Shown: positions 61,559-64,000 of the stretch, piece after piece
How the letters are laid out: each line of letters opens with the position of its first letter
Numbering within the stretch: the stretch's first letter is position 1
Assembly: GCA_045613945.1 (NCBI GenBank)
Contig: JAZLBZ010000017.1
Coordinates: forward strand, 41,703 to 105,702
DNA from: Bacteroidaceae bacterium
GTDB lineage: Bacteria > Bacteroidota > Bacteroidia > Bacteroidales > Bacteroidaceae
Length of the DNA: 64,000 bases
Direction of reading: 5' to 3'
Made by a program: the position numbers and the translations under genes
The notes under the pieces: generated by a model
Told to the model about the DNA's origin: nothing
Seen by the model: the letters and a program-made list of their open reading frames with translations, nothing else
Database searches by the model: none

Positions 61559-63790
61559 TTATAACTCAATATTGATATTCCCTATTGCATTAATCCCTGC
61601 TTGAGCGGCATAGCCTGCGTAGTTGTAGCGGTGGCGGGTGCCATTGCTGTCGGTGTAGTATCCGCTGCCGGCATATCCGTTATTCTCATACTGCTCGTTG
61701 AAAAGGTTGTATATGGTTGTGCCAATGGTAATTCTTTTTACACCCCTCACTTTGAACGAGTATGCGAGGCGAAGGCTGGTTACAAAATATGCATCGAGCA
61801 CGTGTTCCTCAATGCCGTAGTTGCTCATATATTGCTTGCTCACATATTGCGACTGCAGTGCTGCCTCAATGCCGCGCCATTCATAAGAGAAAGTGTTGTT
61901 TGCAATGATGGAGGGTGAGAATGCGAGAGGTGTGTCGCTGTGGCGTATCTCCCACTTCTCGTAGGTGTTGTCGTCATACAGCACCTCGGTGAAATCCTTT
62001 ATCCTGTTGCGGCTGAATGTGGCGTTTGCGCTCCAGCCGAAGCCGCAAGGCAGTTGCAGGCCGGCTGTGAGTTCAATGCCTGCGCGGTAACTCTTTGGGA
62101 TGTTCGCTGCAAGCGGCTCGCCAATCTCGTTCAGTTCGCCGGTGAGCACTAACTGGTCCTTGTAGTCCATAAAATAGATGTTCGCTCCTGCTGTGAACAG
62201 CCTGCTGCTGAATGTGTAGCCTATTTCATAGTCAATGAGGCGCTCAGCGGTGGGGCGCTCGTGCAACTTGCCATCGGTGTAGTTGTTGCGTGTTGGTTCC
62301 TTGTGTGCCACGCCAACCGATGCATAGAGCCTGTTGTTGCTGTTGGGCAAATAGGAAACCCCCGCCTTGGGGTTGAAAAAGTTGAACCTCTCGTCTACTG
62401 CTAGTTGTTGGTGGCTGTCGGTGGCATCGTTCCATTTGTCGTTGCTGCCTGCGATGCGGTAGGCAATGTGGCGGTATTGTGCATCGGCATAGATATTCAG
62501 GCACTCTATTGGCCGGTACTCGGCCTTCAGGTATATGTTTGCATCGTCCTTTGTGCCGTTGTTGCTGTAGTACTTGTGGTTTGGCTGCAGGTCGCCGGTG
62601 TAGTTCTTTACCCATAGCACCTGCCCGAAGTGGTTGCCATAGTAACGGTTTGCACCACCGCCGGCAGTGGCTGTTATCTTATCGTCCTTGTATGCCAAGG
62701 CAAACACCGCACCGCCAAAATGGTTGTCCATTGCCTTCTTGCGCACAAGGTCGCTCTTCTTTATCTCTGTACCATCAATGATACAGGTTGGCAAGGCGTA
62801 CTCCTTGAATTTGCGTCCGCTCTTGTACTCCTGGTAGTATCCGTCACCCTTTGTGTAGTGCAGGCCTACGTTCAGTTGCAGCCTGTTGGTGAAACTGTGG
62901 TCAAGGAGCAACTGCGTGTTTGTCTGTGTGTAGTTGTCGGTCTGGCCGTCATAGTAGCGGTCTGTGCCGGTGCTGTCGGTAAACATATATCCGCAACTGT
63001 TGTAGCGGCGGCCATAGAGTTCCATCTCCTCCTTTGAGGCGTAGTTCCACGCATGATATGTCTGCTCCTTGCCGCCAAAGGCTATGAGACGCACGCTTGT
63101 GCTCTCGCCGTAATATGCTCCTTGCAGGTAGAACGATTGCAGTTCTGTAGATGCGCGCTCAATGTAGCCGTCGCTGCCAATGCTTGAGAGGCGCACGTCC
63201 ATTGCCCAATGGTCATGCAGAATGCCTGTTCCAGCAGCGACTGTAGCCTTGTGGGTGTTGAACGAGCCGTATGAACCGCTGATGCCGGCATATGGCTGTG
63301 TGTTGAACCTGTCTGTCCTAAGGTTTATGCTTGCACCGAAAGAGCCTGCGCCGTTGGTCGATGTTCCTGCGCCGCGCTGAATCTGTATATCCTTTACGGA
63401 TGAGGCTATGTCGGGCATGTTCACCCAAAAGACATTGTGGCTCTCGGCATCGTTTACGGGAATACCGTTGGCTGTAACGTTGATGCGTGTGCCGTCAGTA
63501 CCGCGTATGCGAAGGCTGGTATATCCAATGCCTGTTCCTGCATCGCTTGTTGTCACCACACTTGGTGTCGCTGCCACAAGGTAGGGAAAATCGACTCCAG
63601 TGTTTATTTTAGACAACTGCTCCCCCGCAATGTTGGTGTGCGCGATGGGGGTCAGTTCCGTTGCGCGCGTTGCAGTTATCTCCACTTCCTGCAGATGGGT
63701 ATGCAGGCTGTCACTCACTGCCTCTTGTGCTTGTAGCAAAGAGGGTAGTGCTGCCAATGCAAGGCAGCAGCGCAATGTTCTTTCTTTCAT
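61559..63790 (-). CDS. TonB-dependent outer-membrane receptor
   Basis: ATG at 63790 gives the signal peptide MKERTLRCCLALAALPSLLQAQE. Plug motifs (VEITATRA..., GYTSLRIRGTD, QRGAGTSTNGAGSFGASINL). The terminal ...GNINIEL ends a barrel. The track ORF start at 63994 runs through the leader. Confidence 0.85.
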   Translation of the reverse strand: MKERTLRCCLALAALPSLLQAQEAVSDSLHTHLQEVEITATRATELTPIAHTNIAGEQLSKINTGVDFPYLVAATPSVVTTSDAGTGIGYTSLRIRGTDGTRINVTANGIPVNDAESHNVFWVNMPDIASSVKDIQIQRGAGTSTNGAGSFGASINLRTDRFNTQPYAGISGSYGSFNTHKATVAAGTGILHDHWAMDVRLSSIGSDGYIERASTELQSFYLQGAYYGESTSVRLIAFGGKEQTYHAWNYASKEEMELYGRRYNSCGYMFTDSTGTDRYYDGQTDNYTQTNTQLLLDHSFTNRLQLNVGLHYTKGDGYYQEYKSGRKFKEYALPTCIIDGTEIKKSDLVRKKAMDNHFGGAVFALAYKDDKITATAGGGANRYYGNHFGQVLWVKNYTGDLQPNHKYYSNNGTKDDANIYLKAEYRPIECLNIYADAQYRHIAYRIAGSNDKWNDATDSHQQLAVDERFNFFNPKAGVSYLPNSNNRLYASVGVAHKEPTRNNYTDGKLHERPTAERLIDYEIGYTFSSRLFTAGANIYFMDYKDQLVLTGELNEIGEPLAANIPKSYRAGIELTAGLQLPCGFGWSANATFSRNRIKDFTEVLYDDNTYEKWEIRHSDTPLAFSPSIIANNTFSYEWRGIEAALQSQYVSKQYMSNYGIEEHVLDAYFVTSLRLAYSFKVRGVKRITIGTTIYNLFNEQYENNGYAGSGYYTDSNGTRHRYNYAGYAAQAGINAIGNINIEL

Positions 63791-64000
63791 TGCAATTTCA
63801 ATTTTTGTGGAGCGTGGGGTAAAAAAAGAAACCTCCATGCTCCGGGTTAAACGGAAAATGGGGTTTTCCTTGAACTGAAAAGTGAAAGGTGAAAGCCGTT
63901 CTCTTTTTTCCGCTTTCCGCTTTGACGACATTGTCTTTTCGCGACCCACAGGGCACCATCTTTGTCGGTGCAACCTGTGACCTAATGCTGCCAATGTCGT
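63791..64000 (-). promoter_or_regulatory. Structured 5' leader of the TonB-receptor operon (nested stems plus heptamer repeats), truncated by the window edge
   Basis: The 9-bp stem acgacattg/caatgtcgt (63925-33 with 63992-64000) encloses cacagggcacc...ggtgcaacctgtg. Heptamers actgaaa agtgaaa ggtgaaa (63873-93) and tttccgc tttccgc (63906-19) are also present. Confidence 0.4.

Noticed and set aside
63791-64000. TPP (THI-box) riboswitch expected upstream of the TonB-receptor/PnuC/TPK operon.
   Set aside because: Neither CTGAGA nor the conserved 3' half is present on the coding strand within the window. A vaguely similar string (aacctgtgacctaatgctgcc) is on the wrong strand and lacks the pairing partners. 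It may lie beyond the window edge.

Overview
This 64-kb segment looks like a Bacteroidales (Bacteroidota) chromosome. The signs are TAnnTTTG-type -7 boxes, a TonB-dependent receptor, two proteins ending in T9SS C-terminal sorting domains, and tight or overlapping gene junctions.

Recognisable blocks, in order:
- A partial histidine-kinase/response-regulator/membrane-protein operon.
- A feoAB-hemerythrin-LuxR-GAF operon.
- A sialic-acid catabolism operon: nanA, an AGE-type epimerase, and a NanM-like Kelch domain fused to an SSS transporter.
- trmO.
- The conserved envelope block ppiD, CNNM/CorC hemolysin-like, lptC, TPR, OM barrel, coaX.
- A DUF4105 / alkaline-phosphatase-family pair.
- A TetR-TolC-MFP-RND efflux operon with a small trailing P-II-like gene.
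- secA.
- A GH110-like beta-helix hydrolase and a long RluA-type pseudouridine synthase.
- Two large T9SS cargo proteins (a DUF4091-type hydrolase and a BNR sialidase) that share a duplicated module of about 205 aa.
- A TonB-receptor / PnuC-like / thiamine-diphosphokinase operon.

The least explained parts:
1. An accessory island of about 11 kb (roughly 8.1-19.3 kb). It is lower in GC and entirely on the minus strand. It carries a classic-clade AAA+ ATPase followed by two unknown proteins, a Sel1-repeat protein fused to a multi-pass membrane domain, a signal-less LRR protein, gene fragments, three acidic orphan proteins and two tandem Lys/Pro-rich small proteins. I propose it as a candidate conflict/defence or immunity-gene island, with the ATPase triad as the best candidate for an undescribed system.
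2. A 1.6-kb non-coding stretch (58.65-60.3 kb). It holds several repeat families, an intact small peptide gene plus two decayed copies, and a long imperfect hairpin of about 125 nt.
3. A MITE-like repeat family and a heptamer-phased (GGTGAAA/GCGGAAA) motif that recur in both coding and non-coding DNA.

I found no rRNA, tRNA, CRISPR array, integrase or transposase. All functional calls rest on motif recognition by eye. No database search was run.
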